Assembly (NCBI GenBank): GCA_963727455.1
Contig: CAVSGG010000014.1
Coordinates: 1 to 61,567, forward strand
Length of the DNA stretch: 61,567 bases
Origin: Candidatus Krumholzibacteriota bacterium
GTDB lineage: Bacteria; Krumholzibacteriota; Krumholzibacteriia; JAJRXK01
Direction: 5' to 3'
A program made the position numbers and the translations under genes. A model generated the notes under the pieces. It was not told the DNA's origin. It did no database searches and was given only the letters and a program-made list of their open reading frames with translations. This document shows, piece after piece, positions 23,618-33,571 of the stretch (position 1 is its first letter; each line of letters opens with the position of its first letter).

Positions 23618-25774
23618 TCAGCCCTTCTTCGTGAGTGCCTCGCGCACCCTCTCCGCTGTCATGGGAAGCCGGTGCAGCCTCACTCCGGTCGCGTCGAAGA
23701 CCGCGTTGGCAATCGCCGCTCCCACGCCGATGATGGCGGGCTCGCCCCCGCCCTGGGGACTCAACTCGTCATTCTTCACCAGAATGGTTTCGATTTCGGG
23801 TAACGAGCTGAAGCGCGGCAGTTCGTAGGTATCGAAATTCTCATCCAGAATCTGTCCACCCTCAAAACGCACCGTCTCGGTCAGGGCATAGCCCAGCCCC
23901 ATAGTGAGGCAGCCTTCCATCTGAATGACCGCCCCCTCGGGATTGACGACGACTCCCATCTCCTGCGCGCACACCAGCCTCTTTACTTGGATCGTGCCAC
24001 TCGTCTTGTCCACCGCGACCTCCGCGATGAGCGCGACATAGGTGCCGGCGTCGATCCCGCAGGCGATTCCGAAGCCACGGCCGCTCGGAGAGGCGCTCTT
24101 CTTCCATTCGAAGTGTTCTGCCGCGGACTTCAGCACGCTGAGCATACGGGGGTCGTTCGTGTTCTTCAGGCGGAATTCGAGTGGATCCACCCCGATCTGC
24201 GCCGCCATGATGTCGATCTGGGATTCGCGGGCGAAAGTGTTGGTGTTCGCCCCGGGGGCGCGCCACGGACCCACCGCGAAAGGATGGGCAGCGGTCGAGG
24301 CTCCCCGCCTTTCACCGTGGACCTTCACCAGGTTGTTGGGCACGTCGTAGTACTGCTCGGTCCCTCTCGAGCCCGCGAAGTAGACGGTGTAGTCCCAGAG
24401 GCAGATCTTACCCGCCGCATCGACCCCCGATCGGACGTCGACCACTGCCGCCGAGTGAAAATGATCGTAGAAGAATTCCTCCGCGCGATTCCAGGCCACC
24501 TGGACTGGATTACCGGTGAGCACCGCCAAACGCGCGGCCTCTTCGGCCTGGAGTCCCGCAGTTTTCCCTCCGAAGCCGCCGCCCACGAAGGGAGTGATCA
24601 CTCGGACCTTTTCCTTGGGCATACCGACGATCTTCGCGATGCTCGCCTGGGTGGGAAAGGGCGTTTGCGTCGAAGCCCACACCGTCAGCTTGCCATCCTT
24701 CAGTTGGGCCAAGGCACTGTGAGCCTCCATCGGAGCGTGGGCGCAATAGCCGTCCAGATACCGTTCTTCGAGCACGGATTTGGCGGCTTTCTCTCCGGCC
24801 GCGAGATCGCCTCTGGCTTCACGGTCTTCCGCTTCGCCGGCGACTTTGAGCAGATGGTCGAAAATGGTGGAGTCGTCGACTTGCGGCTGCGGACGCTCGT
24901 ATTCCGTTTTGATGGATTGCAGGGCCTTGGCGGCCTCCTCGGGATCCTCATGGAGCACCGCGATGAGATCCTTCTCCTTCACGACTCTCGCGCCCGCCCA
25001 CTTCTCCGCCGCCGAGGTGTCCACGCTCTTTAGAACCGCATCGTGGGCGGGAGGGCGCAGGATCTTCGCGTAGAGCATGCCCGGAATCCGGATGTCACCG
25101 GCGTAGAGCGCCTCGCCCGTCACCTTTTCGCGAGCATCGCGGCGCAGAGTATCCTTTCCCATCAGCTTGAAGTCGTCCACCGAGGTGAATCTCACTTTTT
25201 CCTTCGTCTCGCGGAAAATCTGACGGCCCTTCGCAAGTTCTCCGAAGCTGAGTCGCTCGCGCGGGTTTCCCTTCAGGGAAATGACGCCAGCTTCGACCAC
25301 CAACTCGTGCTTTGGCGCCTGAAGCTGTTCTGCCGCGAGCTCCAGCAGGACGGCGCGCGCCTCACACGCGGCCGCGCGCAGAGCGGGGCCGAAGAAGCGC
25401 GTGCTCATCGAACCGAAAGTCCCCATGTCCCACGGGCACAGATCGGTGTCGCCCATCACCATTTCGATCGCGTCGAGCGAGACTCCGAGCTCCTCGGCGG
25501 CCATCTGGGCCAGGGAGGTCACAACGCCCTGTCCCATTTCGATTTTGCCGGTGAAAACCGTCACTCTTCCGTCTTCGTCGATTCGCAGGTAAGCGTTCGG
25601 ATCGCTGGGATAGGGATTGCGCCGCTGCGCCTCCGCGGCGTCGATGGGCCAGCTTCCCACCGTGAACAGAACGACGATTCCACTGCCGATGATCTTGAGG
25701 AAGTCACGCCGCTCGAGCCGCCAACCGGTATCCCATGTTCCCGTTTCACCGGGCATCAATTGCTCATTCTTCAT
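23618..25774 (-). CDS. Xanthine dehydrogenase-family molybdopterin subunit (IorB/nicotinate dehydrogenase B-like) with Tat-like motif
   Basis: RRDFLK; KIEMGQG; GGGFGGK; WRAPG; GGGEP..AIANAVFDATG. Confidence 0.9.
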   Translation of the reverse strand: MKNEQLMPGETGTWDTGWRLERRDFLKIIGSGIVVLFTVGSWPIDAAEAQRRNPYPSDPNAYLRIDEDGRVTVFTGKIEMGQGVVTSLAQMAAEELGVSLDAIEMVMGDTDLCPWDMGTFGSMSTRFFGPALRAAACEARAVLLELAAEQLQAPKHELVVEAGVISLKGNPRERLSFGELAKGRQIFRETKEKVRFTSVDDFKLMGKDTLRRDAREKVTGEALYAGDIRIPGMLYAKILRPPAHDAVLKSVDTSAAEKWAGARVVKEKDLIAVLHEDPEEAAKALQSIKTEYERPQPQVDDSTIFDHLLKVAGEAEDREARGDLAAGEKAAKSVLEERYLDGYCAHAPMEAHSALAQLKDGKLTVWASTQTPFPTQASIAKIVGMPKEKVRVITPFVGGGFGGKTAGLQAEEAARLAVLTGNPVQVAWNRAEEFFYDHFHSAAVVDVRSGVDAAGKICLWDYTVYFAGSRGTEQYYDVPNNLVKVHGERRGASTAAHPFAVGPWRAPGANTNTFARESQIDIMAAQIGVDPLEFRLKNTNDPRMLSVLKSAAEHFEWKKSASPSGRGFGIACGIDAGTYVALIAEVAVDKTSGTIQVKRLVCAQEMGVVVNPEGAVIQMEGCLTMGLGYALTETVRFEGGQILDENFDTYELPRFSSLPEIETILVKNDELSPQGGGEPAIIGVGAAIANAVFDATGVRLHRLPMTAERVREALTKKG

Positions 25775-25782
25775 GGCGGACC

Positions 25783-26247
25783 TCACATCCTCGAGGAAGT
25801 GCGTTCGATGGCCGCGACGATGCGCTTGTGCGCGCCGCAGCGGCAGAGATTGTCGTCCATACCCCGGATGATCTCATCGCGACTCAGGCGTGGATTTTTC
25901 AGCAGGAGGGCATAGGCGGTCATGATCATGCCCGGCGTGCAAAAGCCGCACTGCATGGCGTCGTGCTCGATGAACTTCTCCTGAAGGGGATGGAGCTTGT
26001 CGCCTTTCGCCAGTCCCTCGATGGTCACGATCTTCTTGCCCGCGACCTCGTCCATCGACACCTGGCAAGATCGCACGGCTTCCTGGTCAATGAGCACGGT
26101 GCAAGCGCCACAGAGCCCTTCGCCACATCCGTATTTTGTTCCCGTGAGATTGAATTCGGTTCGTAAGACCCAGAGGAGCGTCCGCTTGCCGTCGATTTGC
26201 AGACGCGTGGGCCGACCGTTGAGCGTGAACTCGATCGTCGCCTTCAT
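25783..26247 (-). CDS. (2Fe-2S)-binding subunit of the Mo-hydroxylase (CoxS/IorA-like)
   Basis: GTKYGCGEGLCGACTV; QCGFCTPG; NLCRCG; GGAGG RBS. Confidence 0.95.
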   Translation of the reverse strand: MKATIEFTLNGRPTRLQIDGKRTLLWVLRTEFNLTGTKYGCGEGLCGACTVLIDQEAVRSCQVSMDEVAGKKIVTIEGLAKGDKLHPLQEKFIEHDAMQCGFCTPGMIMTAYALLLKNPRLSRDEIIRGMDDNLCRCGAHKRIVAAIERTSSRM

Positions 26248-26480
26248 GGTCCCTCCCTCGCTGACTTTCGGTCTGGAAGGGGTTGGCACCCTTGCCAATC
26301 TTAGGATTCGCCTATCCATCCTCCAAGAAGGACCGCTGGATTTCCCTCTCTCGTGCGTTCGGTTCAGTAGACAAGGGGCAGACCGCTCCGAGGGCCGCCG
26401 GGAGCCCGCCCAGAGAGGGTATTCAAGCCAGAACGGCGGGTTGGCGGCGGATTTCGGGGCGACGGCGAAGGGAGAATCCC

Positions 26481-26942
26481 ATGCGCAAGCTCAATTCGAC
26501 AATCCTGACTCTGACCGGGGCCGCGTTGGCCTTCGTGCTTGGAGGCTGTGCGACCGTACCTTACGGGCAGCAGGTGGTGGAGTACGAGCCAACGTGCTAC
26601 GACAACGGGTTTCCACCGCCTCCACTGGTAGTCTACGTGCGGCAACCGATCGTCGTGGTCAAGCGGGTTCCAGGGCGCCATGTCGAGCACCAGCCTAAGG
26701 CCACCCTGCATCCCCGGGAAGAGCCGGCCCAAGAGACGAGGGAACCGCTCCGGGAGGAGCCGCGGCAACCGGTGATCGCGCGCCCCGAACCTGAGCGTTT
26801 GCGGCCGCGACGGGTCGAACCGGCCAACAGTGAAGAACGGCAGCCCGAACCCCAGCGTACCGAGCGCCAAAAGGGCCACGCGACCGTGGTCGACCGCAAC
26901 GACGATAGGGCAGTGGCCGCCGAACGCGCATGGGCCCGTTGA
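26481..26942 (+). CDS. Small Pro/Arg/Glu-rich lipoprotein
   Basis: GGGAG RBS; lipobox LGGC; low-complexity tail. Confidence 0.6.
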   Translation: MRKLNSTILTLTGAALAFVLGGCATVPYGQQVVEYEPTCYDNGFPPPPLVVYVRQPIVVVKRVPGRHVEHQPKATLHPREEPAQETREPLREEPRQPVIARPEPERLRPRRVEPANSEERQPEPQRTERQKGHATVVDRNDDRAVAAERAWAR

Positions 26943-27124
26943 GCTTCGGACCTTTCCTGAGGGGACTGATGCACTCCCTCTTTCGATTCGCTCATGAACT
27001 GACAACTTTCTCAGGGCACGCCGAGGAACGAGGTTGTACCATATCGGGAATGTCGTGACTCTCGGCGACTGCGGATCGCCCGACCCGCAGTCATGAACTC
27101 CTTCGGGCTGAGGACAGAGGCAGA

Positions 27125-28225
27125 ATGAGTGCGAGGAACTGGGGGGGGCTGGCTCTGACGCTGCCTCTTCTGCTTTGGGTGGCTGCTTGCTCGCGCAATG
27201 GTGCGGCAGAGGACAAAAGCGGCGCCAAGGGAGCGAATGCTTCGGGCCAGGCGGCCGCTATTCCTGTCTCCGTGACCGAGGTTGTGCCCCACGATCTGGC
27301 CCGCACGGTCGCCGTCAGTGGTCCCGTCGAACCCATTCGGACCGTCACCGTGAACGCCCAAACCTCCGGTACGGTTCTTTCGGTCCTGGTGGAGGAAGGG
27401 GATCGGGTTCACAGCGGACAGCTGATGGCGGAGCTGGATTCCAGGGAGACCGCGGCGCAACTCGAGAGAGAGCGCGCGGTCCTGGCCAACGCGGAGGCCG
27501 CCTACAAACGGCTGCAGCGACTCCAGAACAATGACTTGAGCTCCGACGCCGAGGTTGAATCGGCGCGCTCCGCCTACGAGATTGCCAAGGCGGATGTCCA
27601 GCTCTGGAGCACCCGCCTCGCCTTCTGCCGGGTCACCGCCCCGATCTCGGGGGTGGTTACCGCCAAGCGCGTCGAGAAAGGCGCGGCCGTTTCTTCCACC
27701 AGCTCCATGTTTTCCATCGCGGATGACTCGCTCTTGGTGGTGCGCGTACGCGTCTCCGAGCTGGATGTTGCCCATCTACATCCTGGTCAGCCAGCTTCGA
27801 TGCAGCTCGACGCCTATCCGGGCCAGAAATTCTCGGGAACCATCCGAAGGATTTTTCCCTCTGCCGATGCGGCAAGCCGTCTCGTGCCGGTGGAAACCGT
27901 GTTAGGCAAGTTGCCCGAGGGAGTGGTTGCGCGTCCCGGATATCTGGCGCGTGTCGAATTCGCCCTCAATACCCGCAGTGGAGTGTTGGCGGTTCCCGCT
28001 CCGGCCATCGGAGTCACCGATAGCAACTCCTTCGTCTATGTGGTGAGGGCGGACACCCTGAGTCGCAGGACGGTCCGGACGGGCCTCACCACTTCGGGCT
28101 GGATCGAGATCACCTCGGGCCTTCAGTCCGGGGAGCGCGTCGTCAGCTCTGGGCACGTCAACCTGCGCCCGGGAGCGAGAGTAAGAATCAGCGGGGACTC
28201 GCCATCGTCCGAAGGCGAGAAATGA
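27125..28225 (+). CDS. RND efflux periplasmic adaptor subunit
   Basis: Lipobox VAAC; VEEGDRV, APISGVV, RPGYLA and GLQSGERVV. Confidence 0.9.
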   Translation: MSARNWGGLALTLPLLLWVAACSRNGAAEDKSGAKGANASGQAAAIPVSVTEVVPHDLARTVAVSGPVEPIRTVTVNAQTSGTVLSVLVEEGDRVHSGQLMAELDSRETAAQLERERAVLANAEAAYKRLQRLQNNDLSSDAEVESARSAYEIAKADVQLWSTRLAFCRVTAPISGVVTAKRVEKGAAVSSTSSMFSIADDSLLVVRVRVSELDVAHLHPGQPASMQLDAYPGQKFSGTIRRIFPSADAASRLVPVETVLGKLPEGVVARPGYLARVEFALNTRSGVLAVPAPAIGVTDSNSFVYVVRADTLSRRTVRTGLTTSGWIEITSGLQSGERVVSSGHVNLRPGARVRISGDSPSSEGEK

Positions 28226-31200
28226 GCGAACCCAACAAGCAGTGGGGCCTGTCGAGTCTCTCGATCCGGCGACCAATCGGAGTCGTGGCATGTGCTTGCG
28301 TAGTGGTGGTGTTGGGGCTCTTCTTCGTTCGCCAACTTCCCCTGGATTTGCTGCCGCAGATCATCTATCCGCAGATTCGCGTACGCGTGACCTATCCCGG
28401 TGTCGCGCCAGAGGTGATGGAGGAGCAGGTCACCAAGGTTTTGGAGACCAGCCTGGCTACCACCGAGGACTTGATTGCGCTGGAGAGCGAAACCAGTGAG
28501 GGCGATTGCGACATCGACCTTCATTTCAACTACGGCACGGACATCAACTTTGCCCTCCAGGACGCCTCCAAGAATCTCGATCGCGCGCGCAGTCGTCTGC
28601 CAGTCGAAGCCGATCCACCCGTCATTCGCAAGCTCGACCCTTCACAGATCCCGGTGTTCGAAGTGGGTTTCAGCTCCGCTACCCGCGACCTGATCGATCT
28701 GCGCAAGTGGGTGGAGTTGCGTCTAGAGCCGCAGCTTTTGTCCATCGAAGGGGTGGCGGCGGTGGATGTGGCAGGTGGGCTGGTGCGAGAAATCCACGTG
28801 ACGCTCGACCAGGAGCGGCTTCGGTCCTACGGCCTCACGATTTCGGACATCCTCGAGCGTATCCGCGCAGAGAACCAGGATATCGCGGTGGGCAACGTGA
28901 CCTCGCCCAACTTCGAGATCGTGGGCAAGACGGCAGGCAAATTCAAGACCGTCGACGATATCCGCAAAGTCCTGCTGACGGTGCCCGGCACCTCTCAAAG
29001 GATACCGCTCTCGGAGGTTGCCAAGGTCACCGACACACACGAAGAACAGAGACTCTGGGCGCGATTGGACGGCGTGCCCGCGGTGAAACTCTCGGTGAGC
29101 AAACAGCCCGACGCGAACACGGTCACGGTCGCGCAGGGGATTGCCGAGCGTCTGAAGCAGCTTCAGGGTTCCCGCTTCATTCCCGACGACATTCACTACG
29201 AAGTCATCTCCGACCAGTCCTTCTTCATTCGCAACGCGGTGAATGGGGTGCGCAATGCTGCGATCGTTGGGGCTGGGTTGGCCATGTGCATCGTTCTCCT
29301 TTTCCTGGGCAGCATCCGCAGGACCTTCATCATCGGTCTGTCGATTCCTCTGGCCGTACTGGCGACCTTCGCCATGATGGGAATGGGCAAGCTCACCCTG
29401 AACATCATGAGTCTGGGCGGCCTCGCTCTGGGCATCGGGCTTCTCATCGACAACTCGATCGTGATGTTGGAGAACATCTTCCGCCACCGGCAATTGGGAG
29501 TGACCGATCCCGTCGAATCGGCGGAGCGCGGTTCGGCCGAGGTTGCCTCCGCCGTAACCGCGTCCACTCTGACCAATTTGGCGGCGGTCGTACCCTTCCT
29601 GCTCATCACCGGTCTGGCCGCGCTGATCTTTCGCGAGCTGATTCTGACCATCTCTTTTGCCATCGTGGCCTCGCTGGCCACCGCCCTGACCTTGGTGCCG
29701 ATGCTGTCCGCCCAGCTGGCGAAAGTGCACCGCAGCAGCCACCTCGACCGCAACCCGGCCGTCCTTCTCTTCAACCGCGGGCTGGTGGGCTTCACCGGGC
29801 TCTACCGGCGTATGGCAGCCTGGTCGGTACGCTATCGCTGGCTGGTCATGCTCATCGCGTTCGGCGGATTCTTTGCTTCACTCGCACTCGTGAGGGGACT
29901 GGGTAACGAGTTCCTTCCCGCCGTCGACGATGGCAACGTGGGGGTGTACTTGCGCATGCCTCCCGGAACTTCACCCGAGAAGACCAACGAGATCGCGCTG
30001 AAGCTGGAGGAATTGGTGCACGGCATGCCCTATGTCGAGCATGTCTTCACCACCGCCGGCGGCTACCTCTATGGCGGCGCGACTTTGGCTCGTGGCGGCC
30101 GCGGTTCGATGTCGATTCAGCTCACACCGGCCAGCAAGCGGCGCAGCATGCCGGCAACCCGCTGGGTGGATACCCTGAGGACAAAGATCAATCAGCTGGG
30201 CATTCCGGGAGCCCAGATTTTCGTGCGTCCCCCGCGAATTCGTGGATTGCGCACGAATCGAGTGGGATCGGACGTGGCGGTTTCGGTGCAGGGCGACGAC
30301 TTGGCCAAGCTGCAGAGCATTGGCTACGAGATGCAACGGCGCATGAAGTCGATTCGCGGTCTGTCGGGAGTCGAACTCTCCACCGAGGAAGCCAGCCCGC
30401 AGCTCTCCATCGAGATCGACCGACAACGCGCGGCTGATCTCGGACTGGACGTGGCCCAGGTGGGCCAGACGGTCCGAACCGCATTGGACGGCACCATCGT
30501 CACGCGCTTCACCGACAAGAACAACGAATTCGACATCCGCGTCCGACTTCCCCGCAACTCCTTCACCAGCCCCGAGGACCTGGGAGCGATCGCGCTCTTT
30601 CCCGGCGACGAGGAACCCATCTATCTGAGGGACGTGGCGGAGGTGCGCTTGGGAACCGGGCCCACCACCATCTTGCGAGTGAACCAGAACCGCCAACTTC
30701 GCGTGACGGGCGATGTCGACGACGAGGTGGCAAGTGTGGGTCAGGTGACCGCGGACGTTCGTAGAGCCCTGGCCGACATGCCCTTGCCGCAGGGCTACTC
30801 GTTGATCTACGGAGGCGAGGAGCAGGCGCTGCGCGAGAATCAGCGCAATCTACGCATCGTCATCCTCTTGGCCGTGTTTTTGGTCTTCGTGGTAATGGCG
30901 GTGCAGTACGAGAGTGTCAGTGACCCTTTGACCATTCTGGTCTCCATCCCTCTGGCCCTGATCGGAGTCGGGCTTCTCCTCTGGCTCACGGGAACCCCCC
31001 TGAGCGCTCCCGTGCTTCTGGGTGTCATCCTCTTGGCCGGCATTGTGGTGAACAATGCGATTCTTCTGGTGCAGTACGTGGAGATCGCTCGCCGGGAAAA
31101 GGGCCTGCCCGTCGAAGCGGCGGTCGTGGAAGCAGGTGCGGTGCGTCTGCGCCCAATTCTGATGACCACCACCACGACCGTCTTTGGAATGCTGCCCCTG

Positions 31201-31392
31201 GCGTTGGGACTGGGCGAGGGATCGGAGCTCATGCAGCCCTTGGCCATCGCAGTCATCGGTGGATTGACGATGTCGACGCTGCTCACCTTGATCGTCGTCC
31301 CCTGCGCCTATCTCATCGTGCACCAGGTGGCGGATGGTCTGCGACGCCTGGTGATCGGCGGGCCGGGGCCGCATCCAAAGCAAGAGCAATGA
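28222..31392 (+). CDS. AcrB/AcrD/AcrF-family RND permease
   Basis: 1056 aa; IRRP, YPG..PE, GLLIDNSIV..ENI, GIVVNNAI and RLRPILMT. Confidence 0.95.
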   Translation: MSEPNKQWGLSSLSIRRPIGVVACACVVVVLGLFFVRQLPLDLLPQIIYPQIRVRVTYPGVAPEVMEEQVTKVLETSLATTEDLIALESETSEGDCDIDLHFNYGTDINFALQDASKNLDRARSRLPVEADPPVIRKLDPSQIPVFEVGFSSATRDLIDLRKWVELRLEPQLLSIEGVAAVDVAGGLVREIHVTLDQERLRSYGLTISDILERIRAENQDIAVGNVTSPNFEIVGKTAGKFKTVDDIRKVLLTVPGTSQRIPLSEVAKVTDTHEEQRLWARLDGVPAVKLSVSKQPDANTVTVAQGIAERLKQLQGSRFIPDDIHYEVISDQSFFIRNAVNGVRNAAIVGAGLAMCIVLLFLGSIRRTFIIGLSIPLAVLATFAMMGMGKLTLNIMSLGGLALGIGLLIDNSIVMLENIFRHRQLGVTDPVESAERGSAEVASAVTASTLTNLAAVVPFLLITGLAALIFRELILTISFAIVASLATALTLVPMLSAQLAKVHRSSHLDRNPAVLLFNRGLVGFTGLYRRMAAWSVRYRWLVMLIAFGGFFASLALVRGLGNEFLPAVDDGNVGVYLRMPPGTSPEKTNEIALKLEELVHGMPYVEHVFTTAGGYLYGGATLARGGRGSMSIQLTPASKRRSMPATRWVDTLRTKINQLGIPGAQIFVRPPRIRGLRTNRVGSDVAVSVQGDDLAKLQSIGYEMQRRMKSIRGLSGVELSTEEASPQLSIEIDRQRAADLGLDVAQVGQTVRTALDGTIVTRFTDKNNEFDIRVRLPRNSFTSPEDLGAIALFPGDEEPIYLRDVAEVRLGTGPTTILRVNQNRQLRVTGDVDDEVASVGQVTADVRRALADMPLPQGYSLIYGGEEQALRENQRNLRIVILLAVFLVFVVMAVQYESVSDPLTILVSIPLALIGVGLLLWLTGTPLSAPVLLGVILLAGIVVNNAILLVQYVEIARREKGLPVEAAVVEAGAVRLRPILMTTTTTVFGMLPLALGLGEGSELMQPLAIAVIGGLTMSTLLTLIVVPCAYLIVHQVADGLRRLVIGGPGPHPKQEQ

Positions 31393-31419
31393 GCTGAGAA
31401 TGGGCCAGAATTCGCGGAG

Positions 31420-32418
31420 CTAGGATCTCTTCGCCTCGATGACGAAGTCCATTTCTCGCTCCCCCTTCCGTACGACGGGGTCCTTGAATCCAGCCGCCGC
31501 CAGGTCTTCGCTCTGTTCGGCGAAGCTGTAGGTTCCGCCGGCCTCGGTGTTCACCAACATGTTGATCGCGAACATCGCGCCTGCGGTGGGAGAGACGTGA
31601 TCATCGCTCATCACCATGTCGCGCACGAAAATGCTGCCTCCCGGCGCGAGAGCCTCATGCACCTTGGTGTAGAGTTCCCGGTTCTGTTCGCGTGAATTCT
31701 GATGAGTGATCGCGCTAATCCAGGCCATGTCAGCGCCCCCGGGAAAACTCTCGTCCTCGTAGAAGTCGCCCGCCACCAGCTGGATGCGATCGAGCAGCTC
31801 ATGTGTTTCGAAGTGCCGCCGCGCAATGGGGACAACCTCGGGCAGATCATAGTAAATGGCGTTCATCTCGGGATTGGCGTCCAAGAAGGCGCGAGTATAG
31901 GTCCCGGGTCCGCCACCGATGTCCAACAGCTTCTTGAACGGCAGGGATCCCAAAGATGCGACGACTCTGGGCGCAGCCTCGTGGCTTGCAACCTCCATGG
32001 CCTCGATGAACGATCGCCGGTCTTCCGCATGTCCGCGCACGCTGGCCAGGCGATCGTAGCGCGTCCCCTGCTTCACCACTCTGGCTAGCTGGGCCCAACT
32101 GCGCAGACAATTCGCCTGGTGGCGGAGCATATTGACCACGTTTCCTGAAGCGGTCTCATCGAAGAGCGGTGCGATGCCGGGTGCCGGGCGATACGCGCCT
32201 CTTTCCTTTTGGAGCAAGCCGAGCGCGGTGAGGGCATCAGCCAGCATGGCTGTGGCGCGTTCATCGAGAGTCAGTTTGCGAGCCAGATCCCTTGCGTCCA
32301 TATGCTCTTCCGCTAGGACTGGAATGAGGTCGAGTTCGGCCGCGGCGACGATCACACAAGCGTCTTGAAACTGACGCGCGGTGGTCAACAGATTTTCGGC
32401 ATTCCATTGTGCAGACAT
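31420..32418 (-). CDS. SAM-dependent O-methyltransferase (dimerisation domain plus Methyltransf_2)
   Basis: LLDIGGGPG, YDLPEV, AGDF and ALAPGG. Confidence 0.9.
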   Translation of the reverse strand: MSAQWNAENLLTTARQFQDACVIVAAAELDLIPVLAEEHMDARDLARKLTLDERATAMLADALTALGLLQKERGAYRPAPGIAPLFDETASGNVVNMLRHQANCLRSWAQLARVVKQGTRYDRLASVRGHAEDRRSFIEAMEVASHEAAPRVVASLGSLPFKKLLDIGGGPGTYTRAFLDANPEMNAIYYDLPEVVPIARRHFETHELLDRIQLVAGDFYEDESFPGGADMAWISAITHQNSREQNRELYTKVHEALAPGGSIFVRDMVMSDDHVSPTAGAMFAINMLVNTEAGGTYSFAEQSEDLAAAGFKDPVVRKGEREMDFVIEAKRS

Positions 32419-32700
32419 GAGATCCCTCGTTTTCTTCGAATGAGGCTGGCGGATAGCTCCCCCCATTTTCCACTCTGAGAGGCCCTCCGCAAGCTCCATA
32501 TACGCAGCGTGTCCCGAGAAATTCCCTGCTCCGGTTGAGTGCGGTCGAGCCGGATTGTGCGGTGCTCCCGTCGCGTTCCTGAAAAAGACGATCGCAACCG
32601 TACGGAAAGTGCCCTTGGGAGCCTTCTTGACGGCTGGCCAGGAAATCCGATACTAGAGCGCTACCAACTCTCTGAAATTGCAGTCTATTGGGATGGGTCC

Positions 32701-33165
32701 ATGATCCGTGAGTATCACCAAAGGAGGGTGGCAGCTCCGGCTTCCACCGTCTACTTGGAGTTCAGTTCTCTCGGAGGGGACCGCGGATGGCCCTCCATGA
32801 ATTGGGCATGGCAACTGCGTGGGCTCCTGGACAGAGTGTTGGGAGGAGAAGGCATGCGCCGTGGGCGGCGACATCCCACTGAGTTACAGGTTGGTGAACC
32901 GGTGGACTTCTGGAGAGTGGAGGCGGCTGAGCCCGGGCGACGCCTGAAGCTCAAGGCGGAAATGAGTCTGCCCGGATCGGGTTGGCTCGAATTCCGCGTG
33001 GAACCGCTCGGCCCAAAGCTCAGCCTCCTCGAGCAGACCGCCCTTTTCGAGCCGAGAGGCTGGTGGGGCTACGCATACTGGTATTCCCTCTTCCCATTCC
33101 ATTCATGGATCTTCCGGCGGATGATTCGCAAGATTGCTCTGCGGGCCGAGGGCGAAAGAGTTTAG
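32701..33165 (+). CDS. DUF2867 domain protein (YbjT C-terminal-like), stand-alone
   Basis: GGDRGW, WQLRGLLD, VDFWRVE, AEMSLPG..WLEF and YWYSLFPFH. Confidence 0.8.
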   Translation: MIREYHQRRVAAPASTVYLEFSSLGGDRGWPSMNWAWQLRGLLDRVLGGEGMRRGRRHPTELQVGEPVDFWRVEAAEPGRRLKLKAEMSLPGSGWLEFRVEPLGPKLSLLEQTALFEPRGWWGYAYWYSLFPFHSWIFRRMIRKIALRAEGERV

Positions 33166-33566
33166 ATTACGTCTCTCTTCTCACCGCTTTCGGGTCGAAG
33201 CTGTGTTTTGACCGTGGCCAACTCCTGATCCAGGCTTCGCACGCGCGTGCAGAGGGTTCGGATGAGCCGAAAGGCTAAGGTGGGGTTTTCGGAAATGCGG
33301 GCGAAGAGGTTCTTCCGATCAACCGTCAGGGCGTGAACCTTCCCTTTGGCTCTTACCGAGGCAGAACGCACCTCCTGGTCGAAGAGGGCCATTTCTCCGA
33401 TGATTTCCTCTTTACCCAAAGTGGCGGCCACTAGGTCGCCCTGCTCACTCTCCAGGACCACCTCTACCTCTCCCTCTTGGATGACGTACATCTTGTCGCC
33501 CAGCTCTCCTTGTCGAATGATGTAATCACCATCGGCATACTCTTTTCCCAAGGTCCCACTACTCAT
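33162..33566 (-). CDS. Stand-alone cyclic nucleotide-binding domain protein
   Basis: IIRQGELGDKMYVIQEGEVEV; phosphate-binding cassette GEMAL....RSASV; no HTH. Confidence 0.92.
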   Translation of the reverse strand: MSSGTLGKEYADGDYIIRQGELGDKMYVIQEGEVEVVLESEQGDLVAATLGKEEIIGEMALFDQEVRSASVRAKGKVHALTVDRKNLFARISENPTLAFRLIRTLCTRVRSLDQELATVKTQLRPESGEKRDVI

Positions 33567-33571
33567 TGCAA

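Noticed and set aside
11320-31389. Long alternative-frame ORFs (e.g. 11320-12573, 15676-16881, 23987-25033, 28506-29906, 28723-29742)
   Set aside because: They overlap well-supported genes and lack motifs, as expected for shadow ORFs in GC-rich DNA.
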